A DNA stretch of 64,000 nt, taken from contig CAWEJX010000001.1 in NCBI GenBank assembly GCA_963809485.1, positions 160,001 to 224,000 on the forward strand. The letters are read 5' to 3'. Of this stretch, positions 52,292 to 62,409 are shown one piece after another; position 1 is the stretch's first letter; each line of letters starts with the position of its first letter. Under the pieces are notes generated by a model. The model worked only from the letters and a program-made list of their open reading frames with translations, had not been told where the DNA came from and made no database searches. This DNA is from an uncultured Acidobacteriota bacterium. GTDB taxonomy: Bacteria > Acidobacteriota > UBA6911. A program made the position numbers and the translations under genes.

Positions 52292-52774
52292 CTATTTCCT
52301 CATCTTGAGGGCCGCTTCCCGGACCGAAGCTATAATTTTTGTGTATCCCGTACAGCGGCAAAAATTGCCCTCGAGCGCTTTGCGGATTTCTTCTTCATCC
52401 GGGTTTTTATTTTCGTCGAGGAGCGCCTTTGCGGAGAGAATCATGCCGGGGGTACAGAAGCCGCACTGCATTCCGCCCATCTCCACAAAGGCCTGCTGGA
52501 TCGGATGCAGAACGTCTCCGTCAGAAAGCCCTTCGATGGTTTCCACATGCTTTCCGTCTGCTTCTGCCGCGAGCACCAGGCAGGCATTGACCGGTTCCCC
52601 TTCCATCAGCACCGTGCACGCACCACATTCCCCGACACCGCACCCTTCCTTAGTGCCCGTAAGGCCGAGATCCTCGCGGAGGACCTCCAATAGAGTCGCC
52701 GACGGCTTAATGGAGATATCGGACCGGGCGCCATTTACGACCAATCGGATCGAGATTCGTTCTGTGCTTTGCAT
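52292..52774 (-). CDS. 2Fe-2S subunit (CoxS/XdhC-small type)
   Basis: GTKEGCGVGECGACTV, QCGFCTPG, CRCTGY. Confidence 0.95.
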   Translation of the reverse strand: MQSTERISIRLVVNGARSDISIKPSATLLEVLREDLGLTGTKEGCGVGECGACTVLMEGEPVNACLVLAAEADGKHVETIEGLSDGDVLHPIQQAFVEMGGMQCGFCTPGMILSAKALLDENKNPDEEEIRKALEGNFCRCTGYTKIIASVREAALKMRK

Positions 52775-52785
52775 CCTTCAGCTCC

Positions 52786-53661
52786 TCATGGGACCAGCAC
52801 CTGCTCGAGCGCGCGTCTTGTCAATACGTAAACCATGTCGCGGCGATACGCCGCGGATGCGCGATAATCATCAATCGGGCGGCATTCAGCGCTCGCAGCC
52901 TTGGCAGCTTCTTCAATGGCATCCTTCGAAATGGGACGGTCCTTCAAAGCCGCTTCAGCACGGACCGCACGCATCGGGATGGGCGCCACGGCGCCCAGCG
53001 CAATCCGCACATCGCTGAATCCATTTCGGGATTTTGTAACAGCAGCCGCCACGCCCGTAATTGCCATATCCATCGAATGCCGCGGGGACAGTTTCAGGTA
53101 AACGCATCGTTCCGCGGCTTCGGGTATCCTGAGGGCCGTGACTATTTCATCCGGCTGCAAAACGGTTTCCCCGGGACCGATGAAAAACCTGTTGAGCGGA
53201 AGCGTTCGCTCCGCCCTGGAACTCCGCAGACTCAACTCCGCATTCAGCGACAGCAACGCCGGAGCGCTGTCCGCGGAGGGAATCCCGCTGCAGATATTGC
53301 CCACAAAGGTTCCGCGGTTGCGCACCTGGGGCGACGCCATTGACAGCGCCGCCTGAATCAGCGAAGGATACAGCCTCCGGATCTCGGGATGCCGGCTTAT
53401 GCTCCGGATTGTGGCAAGCGCCCCGATGTGGAGGCCTTCCTGCGGATGCCAGGACAGCCCTGTAAGCTCCTCAACTCCTTTTAAATCCAAGACATAGTTC
53501 GGAGCGGCAAGTTCCCGTCTTTTCAGGTTCGGGATGAGATCGGTGCCGCCTGCCATCGGTTTTGATTCCCCGGCATGGTTCGCCAGAAACAGGACAGCTT
53601 CCTCAATGGTACGCGGCGAAATATAATGGAATGGAGGCAGTCGGCGATAGAAGACAGGCAT
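52786..53661 (-). CDS. FAD-binding subunit (CoxM type)
   Basis: AGGTDL, ASPQVRNRGTFVGN, ALGAVAP.P, IDDYRASAAYR. Confidence 0.93.
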   Translation of the reverse strand: MPVFYRRLPPFHYISPRTIEEAVLFLANHAGESKPMAGGTDLIPNLKRRELAAPNYVLDLKGVEELTGLSWHPQEGLHIGALATIRSISRHPEIRRLYPSLIQAALSMASPQVRNRGTFVGNICSGIPSADSAPALLSLNAELSLRSSRAERTLPLNRFFIGPGETVLQPDEIVTALRIPEAAERCVYLKLSPRHSMDMAITGVAAAVTKSRNGFSDVRIALGAVAPIPMRAVRAEAALKDRPISKDAIEEAAKAASAECRPIDDYRASAAYRRDMVYVLTRRALEQVLVP

Positions 53662-53966
53662 CGGGCGAGATCCCTTTCGAAACTCTTTATTCTCCATGAA
53701 ATATGCATTCCCCGTCAAGGACGGCCGCAGCCGCTCAGCTATGCCCTGCCCCGCCATCCGATACGGCTGGAGCCTTTCCTGCAAACATGATTTCGCCACA
53801 GCATGCAAAAATCCTCTGGCTCAGGCGCTTTTTATGAGGTAAAGATTATGGGCCCTTATTTAGGGACGGCGGAGCCGGCGGAAGCAGGGTTCGAGCGTTA
53901 GGACAGTTCCCTGACGTAATCCGAGTCGAGACGCTGCCGGGATGATTGAATAGAGGAATAAAAACC

Positions 53967-55073
53967 ATGTACGGTCAGGTAAAGCAGTTTGTTGAAGAAG
54001 GCGAGACGCTGGCGATAGCCACAATCGTCTCGACGCTTGGTTCCACACCCAGAGAAGTCGGCGCTCAGATGGTGGTAACCGCTTCCGGAGAAATCCTGGG
54101 CACTGTCGGAGGAGGATGCGGCGAGGCGGAAGTGATCCGGGAAGCGGTTCAGGTGATCCGATCGCGCAGACCCGCTCTCGTAAAAGTGGAGCTCATGGAT
54201 GACATTGAATCCGACAGCCCGGCGGTCTGCGGCGGGATTTTGAATGTGTTCGTCGATCCCTGGTGGAATGATTCCGACTCCGCCCTCTGCGGCAAGCTGG
54301 CAGATGAGCTGTTGCAGGTCCGCCGGGATGGGGCAGCCGCAGTCCTGGCCACTGTTATCAAAGCGGAAAATTGCGGGGCGGCAGTTCCCGGTGAAAAGTG
54401 CTTCATTCGAGACGGGGCCGTGAAAGCGGGAAATATCAACAACGGGGAATTGTTGAAGGCTGTCATTGCTGAAGCGGAGGTCCGGCTCAAAAGAGAGGAG
54501 TGCCGGCAGGTCTCTCTGGCTCTGCCGGGGACGGATGGGAAAGCGGACGTTTTTTTCCAGGTAATTCCTCCAATCCGCAAAGTGATTATCGTGGGAGCCG
54601 GGCACCTGGCGGTTCCCCTGGTAAAATTCGCGAAGATCCTGGGATTCCACATCACGGTTGTTGACGATCGGGTTCTGTACGCGAACCGCAGCAGGTTCCC
54701 CGATGTGGATGAGATTCTCGTGGGCAACATGGCTGAGACACTGCGCGGGATTCCCATCACGCCTCAGACTTACATCGTTCTGATTACGCGCGGCCACCAG
54801 TTCGATGAACCCTGCCTCCGCGAAGTTCTTCACAGTCCCGCGAAGTACATCGGCATGATCGGCAGCCGAAGGCGCGTGAAGGCATGTTTTATCAGGTTTA
54901 TAGACCAGGAAGGCGTACCCAAAGAATTATTGAAGAAGATTTACGCTCCTATCGGCCTTGATATCCGGGCCGAATCACCAGAGGAAATTGCGCTTTCCAT
55001 CGTTGCCGAAATGGTCAAGGTACGCAGAGGCGGTACAGCGCAGTCCCTTGCCGTTCATGATGAAAAACGCTGA
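53967..55073 (+). CDS. xdhC: XdhC/CoxI molybdenum cofactor chaperone
   Basis: GSTPRE.GA.M, GTVGGGCGE, VCGG, GAGH, YIGMIGSRRR, APIGLDI...PEEIA. Confidence 0.92.
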   Translation: MYGQVKQFVEEGETLAIATIVSTLGSTPREVGAQMVVTASGEILGTVGGGCGEAEVIREAVQVIRSRRPALVKVELMDDIESDSPAVCGGILNVFVDPWWNDSDSALCGKLADELLQVRRDGAAAVLATVIKAENCGAAVPGEKCFIRDGAVKAGNINNGELLKAVIAEAEVRLKREECRQVSLALPGTDGKADVFFQVIPPIRKVIIVGAGHLAVPLVKFAKILGFHITVVDDRVLYANRSRFPDVDEILVGNMAETLRGIPITPQTYIVLITRGHQFDEPCLREVLHSPAKYIGMIGSRRRVKACFIRFIDQEGVPKELLKKIYAPIGLDIRAESPEEIALSIVAEMVKVRRGGTAQSLAVHDEKR

Positions 55074-55154
55074 AAGCTGAATGTTTCAGGCCAAAGCCGG
55101 AGGGGAGCAAGGACGTATCCTGTCTGCAACCCTTGCTCCTGGCGGTGTCCGGGA

Positions 55155-56543
55155 TCATAAAAAGCCGGTCAGCTTCCAGAAGCCCACACTCAATGCAAGA
55201 GTTACAAGAACCATAATTCCGTAAACATGGGCCAGGAGCGCACGCTGGCCTCCGCTGAAGGCCTGATTCGAGGTCATGCCCTCCCCCATGGCAATCCAGA
55301 TGTTCTGATAGGAAAGCCAGAACGGTACCTGGGGCAGCAGCAGCGAGGCCATGAGGACGAGTGGAGGTATGCCCGCCGCCAGCATAACGTCGGCGATCGG
55401 CAGGAAAAGCACCGGTATGGCAATAAAGCCCGTCGGATCAAAAAACCTCAAGGCCAGCATCGCCAGGGCCATCACGAGAACCACAACGATGCAGCTGAAA
55501 GAGAGCTCTTTTGCGACGGGCACGAAATAGCCGGCGATCCAATCCGTAATCCGGAATTCCTGGATAACGTTGGCAAGCCCGAAAATCCCGCCCAGGAAAA
55601 GCATCAGAGTCCAGGATACGCCGCCGCCGATGTCTTCGTCGCGCAGGATCCCGGCCAGCGCGAATACGCCAAGTCCGAACATGCCGACCAGAAAACTCGG
55701 CATGTGATGGAGGCGGTCCGTCGCCCAGTATGCCATCGAGAGGGCAACCACAGCGCCCGTGATCCATTCGGTGCGATGGACAGGGCCGAGAGCCCTCAGC
55801 TTTTCCCTGGCAAAAGAGGGCGAGGCCTTGATACGCGATTCCGGTCTCAATACCAATGGATTGGCACCCAGCACGAGCAGGCAAAGGATCAGGGTAGGCA
55901 CCGCCATCACCTTTGCGTACTCCAGCCACACCAGGGAGAAGTGCCTGGCCTGAAATACGGAATCCACCACCGGCCCGTAAAGCGAGCCGTAGAGCAGCGC
56001 GCACCCGGGGATGACGGCCATTTCGATGGCCGTGATCATGATCAGGGCGGAGCCGCGGCTGCGCGGTTCAATGCCCAGAGACTGAACCAGCGCCCAGGCA
56101 ATCGGCACGATGATTGCGGTGCGGACCGTCATCGAGGGGATGCCGAACGACAGCACGGATCCAATCACAAACAGGGCGGCCAGAATCCCCGCGTAAGTCC
56201 CCGGGAAAAGCGTCAGAACGTAATAGGAAAGCCTTTGCGCCAGGCCCGTGCGATTCATGGCGCACCCGTAGTACAGGACCGCCAGCAGAATCCAGAACTG
56301 CGGACTGGAAAACCCGCTCAAGGCCAGTTGCGGGCGGGCTCCCGCCAGGATCATCAGACCCATCATCAGGACGGACGCGATCCCGTTGTTCATGACCTGA
56401 AATAGCCAGAGCACGATGGTGAACGCCACAACGGCAAGAACAGACTGGGCGGTACCGGACAGGCCCTGGGGCGCCGGCACGGCCAGTATCAAGGCGCCCG
56501 ACAGGATCGCGATGCAAATTCCTATTCCCCGGCTCCTGGTCAT
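55155..56543 (-). CDS. DASS/SLC13 di-/tricarboxylate transporter
   Basis: Polytopic; APQGLS, LSGFSS, TGLAQRL, IPSMTVR...VPI; RBS GGAGGA. Confidence 0.82.
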   Translation of the reverse strand: MTRSRGIGICIAILSGALILAVPAPQGLSGTAQSVLAVVAFTIVLWLFQVMNNGIASVLMMGLMILAGARPQLALSGFSSPQFWILLAVLYYGCAMNRTGLAQRLSYYVLTLFPGTYAGILAALFVIGSVLSFGIPSMTVRTAIIVPIAWALVQSLGIEPRSRGSALIMITAIEMAVIPGCALLYGSLYGPVVDSVFQARHFSLVWLEYAKVMAVPTLILCLLVLGANPLVLRPESRIKASPSFAREKLRALGPVHRTEWITGAVVALSMAYWATDRLHHMPSFLVGMFGLGVFALAGILRDEDIGGGVSWTLMLFLGGIFGLANVIQEFRITDWIAGYFVPVAKELSFSCIVVVLVMALAMLALRFFDPTGFIAIPVLFLPIADVMLAAGIPPLVLMASLLLPQVPFWLSYQNIWIAMGEGMTSNQAFSGGQRALLAHVYGIMVLVTLALSVGFWKLTGFL

Positions 56544-56803
56544 GGGTCCTCCTCGGAAGCGGAGGCGAATATAGATACCGGCTGTTCCTTTGTCAAGCAG
56601 CCCGTAAGCGCCCTCGCCTCGTTCACGCGGCGCGGCAAACCGGCAGCCGCATTTTTTGGGGTGACCGTGCTGCGGCAGAACCTGAGGCTTTACGGTTGCC
56701 GGCCCCTCCGAGGGGCTCGATCGCTGTCGATAAAAAATAAAACCGGTTTCATATGTAATAAGCATCTATAAGGCTCTTTGAACTGCAGCATGTCGAATAA
56801 AGA

Positions 56804-57200
56804 GTCAGGCACATCCGGCAAAGCCGGAGGCTTGAAAGATTTGAACCGCTCAAAGCGGTTGGACTAGTTACGCTGGTCTTGAACGCTGACTTACGCGGGC
56901 AAAAGCCGATGAGGCGCTTCCGATCCCTGCAGGGGCCAGCGCTCCGCGCTGGACAGTTTTCTGCGGCGGCACTGTGGCAAGCGCCGTGCGGCAAGCAGAT
57001 GAAGGGTATGAGAAACCGGGCGTTTGCCACGGTGCCGCCGCAGAAAACTCCATCGGAAGCGCCTCATCGGCTTTTGCTCGCCGACCCACGCCGAACAAAT
57101 CGGTGTTTGTCAGCGCTTTTATCAGCGTTCCTCAGCGTTTCAAAATACGGAGCTGTCAAACTCTTTGAGTCCCCCGGCAAAGCCGGCAGATCCCCTAATG
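56804..57200 (-). mobile_element. Non-autonomous IS200-type element, copy 3, carrying a nested ~190-bp double inverted repeat
   Basis: Same ends (slightly decayed); nested arms 56895-56924/57052-57081 and 56955-56985/57019-57049. Confidence 0.8.
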
Positions 57201-57279
57201 GAGCAAACCGTGCTCGCCCTCTATATTTGCGCTTGCTTTCCCATGTATTTGTGGGAAATTTGAGCGACAGGAGAGATCT

Positions 57280-58461
57280 ATGCATCCAAGAAGCATTGTG
57301 GTGATGCCCGGGGACGGCATCGGCAAGGCGCTTCTCCCCGAAGCGCTCCGGGTGCTCGATGCTGCCGGATTCAGGGCCGATTACGTCCACGCCGATATCG
57401 GATGGGAGTTCTGGTGCAGGGAAGGCAATCCGTTGCCGCTGCGCACCCTTGAGCTGCTTGAAAAGCACAGGATCGGCCTTTTCGGAGCCATAACCTCCAA
57501 ACCCAAAGATCAGGCGGACCGGGAGCTGGATCCCGGACTTAAGGACAAGAGCTTCGTCTACTACAGCCCCATTGTCGCATTGCGCCAGCATTTTATCCTG
57601 GATGTGTGCATACGCCCTTGCCGTACCTTTGAGGGAAATCCGCTTAATTTTGTCAAACGCTCAGGCAATCGCGTTTTCGAACCCGCCATCGACGTCGTCG
57701 TGTTCCGACAGAACACGGAAGGCCTGTACAGCGGCGTGGAATGGACGAACCCGCCGCCTGAAGTCCGCTCCGCGCTCGAGACCCATCCCAAAATGGGTGT
57801 GTTCCAGTCCACGCCGAGCGAACAGATGGCGCTATCCTGCCGCATCATCACGCAGAAAGCCTGCCGGAGGATCATTTCGGAGGCTTTTCAATATGCACGG
57901 CGCTACGGCTACAAAAGCGTGACCGTCTGCGAAAAACCGAACATACTCCGGGAAACATCCGGGATGATGCGGCGGGAAGCCATGAGCATAGCGGCAGACT
58001 TCCCCGAGATAGAATTGTGGGAAACCAATATCGACGCGCAGATGATGTGGCTGAACAAGAACCCGGAGGACTATGGAGTCATCGTTACCAGCAACATGTT
58101 CGGAGACATAATCTCCGACGCGTTCTCCGGCCTGGTCGGCGGCCTGGGTTTCGCCAACAGCGCCAACTTGGGAGAAACCTGCGCCATTTTTGAACCGACC
58201 CACGGTTCCGCGCCCAAATATCAGGACCTTGCGCCTTCGATCGTCAATCCCATAGCCATGATTCTGAGCGCCTGTCTTATGCTGGACTATCTTGGCGATC
58301 GCGAGAGAGCGAACAGAATCCGTTCGGCAATTTCGGCCGTCCTACGCGAAGGAAAGGTCCGGACCTTTGACATGCTCCGGATGACCGGCGGGCCCGGTGT
58401 GATCGCCCGGGGCGCCGCATCCACACAGGCCATGACCGATGCGGTCATTGAAAGACTGTAG
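57280..58461 (+). CDS. Isocitrate/isopropylmalate dehydrogenase family protein
   Basis: MPGDGIG, FRQNTEGLY, SNMFGDIISD, GGLGF..SAN, FEPTHGSAP, NPIAMIL. Confidence 0.92.
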   Translation: MHPRSIVVMPGDGIGKALLPEALRVLDAAGFRADYVHADIGWEFWCREGNPLPLRTLELLEKHRIGLFGAITSKPKDQADRELDPGLKDKSFVYYSPIVALRQHFILDVCIRPCRTFEGNPLNFVKRSGNRVFEPAIDVVVFRQNTEGLYSGVEWTNPPPEVRSALETHPKMGVFQSTPSEQMALSCRIITQKACRRIISEAFQYARRYGYKSVTVCEKPNILRETSGMMRREAMSIAADFPEIELWETNIDAQMMWLNKNPEDYGVIVTSNMFGDIISDAFSGLVGGLGFANSANLGETCAIFEPTHGSAPKYQDLAPSIVNPIAMILSACLMLDYLGDRERANRIRSAISAVLREGKVRTFDMLRMTGGPGVIARGAASTQAMTDAVIERL

Positions 58462-58477
58462 ATCCGACGTTCGAAAT

Positions 58478-58503
58478 TCGAAATGCGGCGATACCGCATT
58501 TCG
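58478..58503 (+). terminator. Hairpin built partly from heptamer repeats
   Basis: CGAAATGCGG-CGATA-CCGCATTTCG preceded by TTCGAAA TTCGAAA. Confidence 0.45.
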
Positions 58504-58588
58504 CCATGTATTCAGCCGATAGACATTTAAAACCGGAAGCAGCACAATGAGTCAGGGATTGAATCGGTTCACGCAAAGGAGCGAGGCC

Positions 58589-59002
58589 ATGGCAGAAAAG
58601 ATTCGCAAAGTCGACTATTTCTACATCGAAACAGCCAACAAGCCCGGCGTAGGCGCAGGTTTGCTCGATGCCCTGCGCGATGCAGGGGTAAATTTGCTGG
58701 CCTTCACGGGATTCCCGCACGGCCGGAAAGCCCAGATTGATTTCATGCCCGAAGACACGGCTGCCTTCAAGGCTGCGGCACGCAAAGCGGGATTGAGGCT
58801 GAGCCTCAAAAAGACGGGCTTCATGATTCAGGGGGAGGACCGCGTAGGCGCAATGGCCGATATCATGGCGAAGCTGGCCGCCGCCCGGATCAATGTTACG
58901 GCGGTGGACGCCGTGAGCGCCGGCAAAGGCCGATACGGCGCGATATTCTGGGTAAAATCGTCCGACGTGCGGAGCGCGGCCAAAATTTTGCGCGTGTCAT
59001 AA
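58589..59002 (+). CDS. Tandem ACT-domain protein
   Basis: NKPGVGA.LL.ALRDAGVNL and DRVGAMA.I..KLA.A.INV. Confidence 0.82.
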   Translation: MAEKIRKVDYFYIETANKPGVGAGLLDALRDAGVNLLAFTGFPHGRKAQIDFMPEDTAAFKAAARKAGLRLSLKKTGFMIQGEDRVGAMADIMAKLAAARINVTAVDAVSAGKGRYGAIFWVKSSDVRSAAKILRVS

Positions 59003-59034
59003 ACCGCACCGGAACAGCATCCTAAATAACTGGA

Positions 59035-59273
59035 GGCAGGTACCTCCGGCATAGCCGGAGGCTTGAAAGATTTGAACCGCTCAAAGCGGTTGGAGGAGTT
59101 ACGCCGATCCTGAACGCTGACGCACGCTGAACGGACGCCGACCCACGCCGAAAAAATTTTTTATATTTTTTCAGCGTATGTCAGCGTCACGTCAGCGTAC
59201 GTCAGCGTTTCAAAATAGGGAGCTGTCAAACTCTTTGAGTCCCCCGGCGGAGCCGGGGGTTTACCAATGTAAT
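59035..59273 (-). mobile_element. Non-autonomous IS200-type element, copy 4, with a different interior
   Basis: Same ends; interior (CGCTGA/CGCCGA)x4, an AT-rich loop, then (TCAGCGT)x4. Confidence 0.8.
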
Positions 59274-59306
59274 CAAAATTCGCGCCCGGCAATTTCGAAT
59301 TCCGGA

Positions 59307-60500
59307 TCAGACCGCCCCATTTTTCCTTAGCCCGGCGATCTCCTCGCCGGAGTATCCCAAGCGGGCCAGAACCTCATTGGTGTGCTCCGAGAGCCTGGGG
59401 GGAGCGGTTTCGATGGATGCCGGTGTCTTTTCGAATTTTGCGGTCAGGTTAAAGAGCTTCAGGTCCCCGATCCCCTCCGCATGAACCGTTTGAAGCGTCT
59501 CGCGATGCACGATCTGCTCCTGCCCTAGCGCCGCCTCCAGTCCCAGGATAGCGCCGGCGGGAATTCCGCGGGCATTGAGACGCTCAACCCAGTAATCGGT
59601 TTGCTTCAGTCTGAGCTTCGACTCGATATACTCTGTCAGCGCCTCGCGGTTTTTCTTGCGCATATCCCTCTGCCGGAACCTTGGATCCGCTTTCAGATCC
59701 GGAAGCTCGAGGATATCGGTGAGCGCTTCCCACTGCTCCTGTTTATTGGCCGCGATGTTGATGTGGCCGTCCACGGTCGCAAAAGTGCCCGAGGGCGCCG
59801 CGGTAAAGTTGTCGTTCCCCATCAGCGCCGGCGGCTGTCTCCCGATCAGAAGATTAGCCGCAACCCAGCCCATCAGAGGCATGATGGAGTCCAGGAGCGC
59901 AATGTCGATGAACTGTCCCTCGCCGGTCCTTTCGCGATGAAAAAGGGCAGCCAGTACGGCAAACGCGGCATTCAGACCTCCCACCGTGTCGCAGACCGGA
60001 AAACCGCATCTTAGGGGGTTCAGGCGCTCATCGCCGTTAATGGCCATGACGCCGCTCAATCCCTGGATGATCTGGTCGTAGGCAGGCTTCAGGGCATCCG
60101 GCCCCGTCTGGCCGAAACCGGAGATGGCGCAGTAAATGAGTCCCGGATTGATTTTTTTGAGCTCATCGTAAGACAGGCCGAAACGGCTCATGACGCCCGG
60201 CCGGAAGTTTTCAACCAGAACGTCGGCGGTCTTAGCGAGCTGCCTGAAGATCCTCTGCGCGTCGGGGTGCTTGAGGTTGAGCGTGATCGATTTTTTATTG
60301 GCGTTCTGCGCCAGGAAGCTTGTTCCCATCATCCTGTCGTTCAACTCCGGCACATTGCCGAGTTTGCGGGCCAGGTCTCCCGAATCCGGGGGCTCGATCT
60401 TCAGGATTTCCGCCCCCAGCAGCGCGAGGTGAAGCGTGGCGAATGGTCCCGAGAGAACCATGGTCAGATCCAACACCTGAATTCCTTCAAGGAGTTTCAT
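59307..60500 (-). CDS. CaiB/BaiF class III CoA-transferase
   Basis: VLDLT.VLSGPFAT, GAEILKIEPP, NKKSITLNLK, VENFRPG, ISGFGQTGP, AYD, PRLSEHT. Confidence 0.93.
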   Translation of the reverse strand: MKLLEGIQVLDLTMVLSGPFATLHLALLGAEILKIEPPDSGDLARKLGNVPELNDRMMGTSFLAQNANKKSITLNLKHPDAQRIFRQLAKTADVLVENFRPGVMSRFGLSYDELKKINPGLIYCAISGFGQTGPDALKPAYDQIIQGLSGVMAINGDERLNPLRCGFPVCDTVGGLNAAFAVLAALFHRERTGEGQFIDIALLDSIMPLMGWVAANLLIGRQPPALMGNDNFTAAPSGTFATVDGHINIAANKQEQWEALTDILELPDLKADPRFRQRDMRKKNREALTEYIESKLRLKQTDYWVERLNARGIPAGAILGLEAALGQEQIVHRETLQTVHAEGIGDLKLFNLTAKFEKTPASIETAPPRLSEHTNEVLARLGYSGEEIAGLRKNGAV

Positions 60501-60531
60501 GCCAGTTCTCCCCAATGTGTGCAGTTCCAGC

Positions 60532-61299
60532 CTATTTGTTGGGATTCGGCAGCGGTCCGTCGTAGGTCACGGGGATGCGCACACGCATGGGCTTTTCGCG
60601 GGCGTATTCCTCCATCACCTGTGCCGTCAGTCCGGCCACGCGCCCTATGATGAAAATCAGCTTGGCCGCCGCCGGCAGGAAACCCAGGTCGTGCAGCACG
60701 GCGGCAAGGGCACCATCCACATTGACCGGCAGCGGACGTATCAGACGCCCTGCCGCTTCCTCCAGCGCCTGCATGAAGGCTATGCCGTTTCCCGCCATAC
60801 CGCTTTCCCGCGCGAGATTGAAGAGGACGCGCGTCCGCGGATCTTCCGTGTGGACGCGGTGGCCCATCCCCGGCAGTCGCTTCTTTTCCGCTTTTGCAGA
60901 GGCTGCAATGCGGAACGCGGCATCCTCCAGGGACAGGTTTTCCCGGCGCGCCGTCTCGAGCCCTTCGACGATCATGTGCATGCACTCGTAACCGGCGCCC
61001 CCGTGAGCGTCGCCGATCGCCAGGACGCCCGCAGCGATGGCAGCTTCCAGGGACTGCCGGTTTCCCGATGCGACGATCCGGGCCGCCGCGGCGGAAGGCG
61101 CGGCGGGGCCGTGATCGGATACCCCGATAAGAATTGCATCGATGAGCCGCCGTTCATCCGGCGTCGGCAAACGCCCCTGATGCAGAAGGTAAATGGTATC
61201 CGCAAAGGTGGCCTGCAGCATCAGTGATGTAACGTCGAATCCGCGTATAAAAATGCCTTTTTCGTCCGAAGTGGTGATTGCGGTGCGCCACGGTTCCAT
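60532..61299 (-). CDS. Citryl-CoA lyase (citrate synthase-like)
   Basis: WRTAIT, DHG..APS, HGGAG, LPGMGHRVH.EDPR, VNVDGA; RBS AGGAGG. Confidence 0.85.
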   Translation of the reverse strand: MEPWRTAITTSDEKGIFIRGFDVTSLMLQATFADTIYLLHQGRLPTPDERRLIDAILIGVSDHGPAAPSAAAARIVASGNRQSLEAAIAAGVLAIGDAHGGAGYECMHMIVEGLETARRENLSLEDAAFRIAASAKAEKKRLPGMGHRVHTEDPRTRVLFNLARESGMAGNGIAFMQALEEAAGRLIRPLPVNVDGALAAVLHDLGFLPAAAKLIFIIGRVAGLTAQVMEEYAREKPMRVRIPVTYDGPLPNPNK

Positions 61300-61402
61300 G
61301 TTTCGCCTCCTTGTGGCTGACTGCATTTACCATATCACGGATTGCTTGACGATGGACGATGGACGGTTAAAGATAAGAGCCTTAACAGGAGCCGCGGCAG
61401 CC

Positions 61403-61939
61403 ATGGAGGAAAAGAAAAACATTATTTTGTGCGGATTCATGGCAACCGGCAAATCGTCCGTGGGACAACGGCTGGCTGCGATGCTGGGCCGGGACTTTGT
61501 GGACCTGGACTCCTGGATTGAATCCGAAGCCGGCATGCCTATACGCCGGATCTTCTCGACCCTGGGAGAGCCGGCGTTCCGGGCGCTTGAAGTCCGCATG
61601 GTGGAACGCGTTGCGGAGAGAACGGGATGCGTCGTGGCAGCCGGAGGCGGCGCCATTGTGAATCCCAAAAACCTCGAGGCACTGAAGCGAAACGGAATCG
61701 TTATCACCCTGACCGCGGACCCTGAAACCATTCTTTCGCGGGTTGGGACAGGCGACGATCGTCCCCTGCTGCGCGGAGAAGGCAAAGCGGAGCGGATCCG
61801 CCTGTTGATGGCGCAGAGGAAGGAATCGTACGCAAAAGCGGACATGATCGTGGACACCTCATCGATGTCCATCGACGAGGTGGCGCGGTACATCATGAGC
61901 CGCCTGGAGGAACGTGCCGGCGGTCAGGGGGCGGGCTGA
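61403..61939 (+). CDS. aroK: Shikimate kinase
   Basis: [29 protein letters not shown]. Confidence 0.93.
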   Translation: MEEKKNIILCGFMATGKSSVGQRLAAMLGRDFVDLDSWIESEAGMPIRRIFSTLGEPAFRALEVRMVERVAERTGCVVAAGGGAIVNPKNLEALKRNGIVITLTADPETILSRVGTGDDRPLLRGEGKAERIRLLMAQRKESYAKADMIVDTSSMSIDEVARYIMSRLEERAGGQGAG

Positions 61940-62391
61940 TCTCCGGCCTGCTTCCGGTCCCGCAGGATCCCAATCAAGGCCCGAATTCCGCATTCATAGC
62001 TGCGCCAGCCCAGCCCGGCGATGGAGCCGACAACTACCGCAGAGATAACCGATTTATACCGGAATTTTTCCCTCGCGTGGATGTTAGAAAGGTGAACCTC
62101 GATTGCGGGCAACCGGACGGCGGCCAGGGCGTCGCGGAGAGCATACGAATAATGGCCATAGGCGCCGGGATTGATCACGATGCCGTCCGCCCACTCGCCT
62201 GCCTCGTGGATCGCGTCAATCAGCGCGCCCTCGCTGTTGGATTGAAAGATGCGAAGTTCAGCCTGGCACTCATCCGCGACCTGCATCATCCGCGTGTTGA
62301 TATCCTCCAGACTTGTCGATCCGTAGATCTGCGGCTCGCGTTTGCCCAGCAGGTTCAGGTTGGGTCCGTGTATGAGCAGTATCCTGATCAC
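61924..62391 (-). CDS. aroQ: Type II 3-dehydroquinate dehydratase
   Basis: [45 protein letters not shown]. Confidence 0.96.
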   Translation of the reverse strand: MIRILLIHGPNLNLLGKREPQIYGSTSLEDINTRMMQVADECQAELRIFQSNSEGALIDAIHEAGEWADGIVINPGAYGHYSYALRDALAAVRLPAIEVHLSNIHAREKFRYKSVISAVVVGSIAGLGWRSYECGIRALIGILRDRKQAGDQPAP

Positions 62392-62409
62392 TGTCTCCCT
62401 CCGCTTCCG

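Noticed and set aside
49974-53661. 4-hydroxybenzoyl-CoA reductase or CO dehydrogenase
   Set aside because: No HcrB Cys loop and no CoxL AYxCSFR/AYRGAGR motif (reads AMRGHG).
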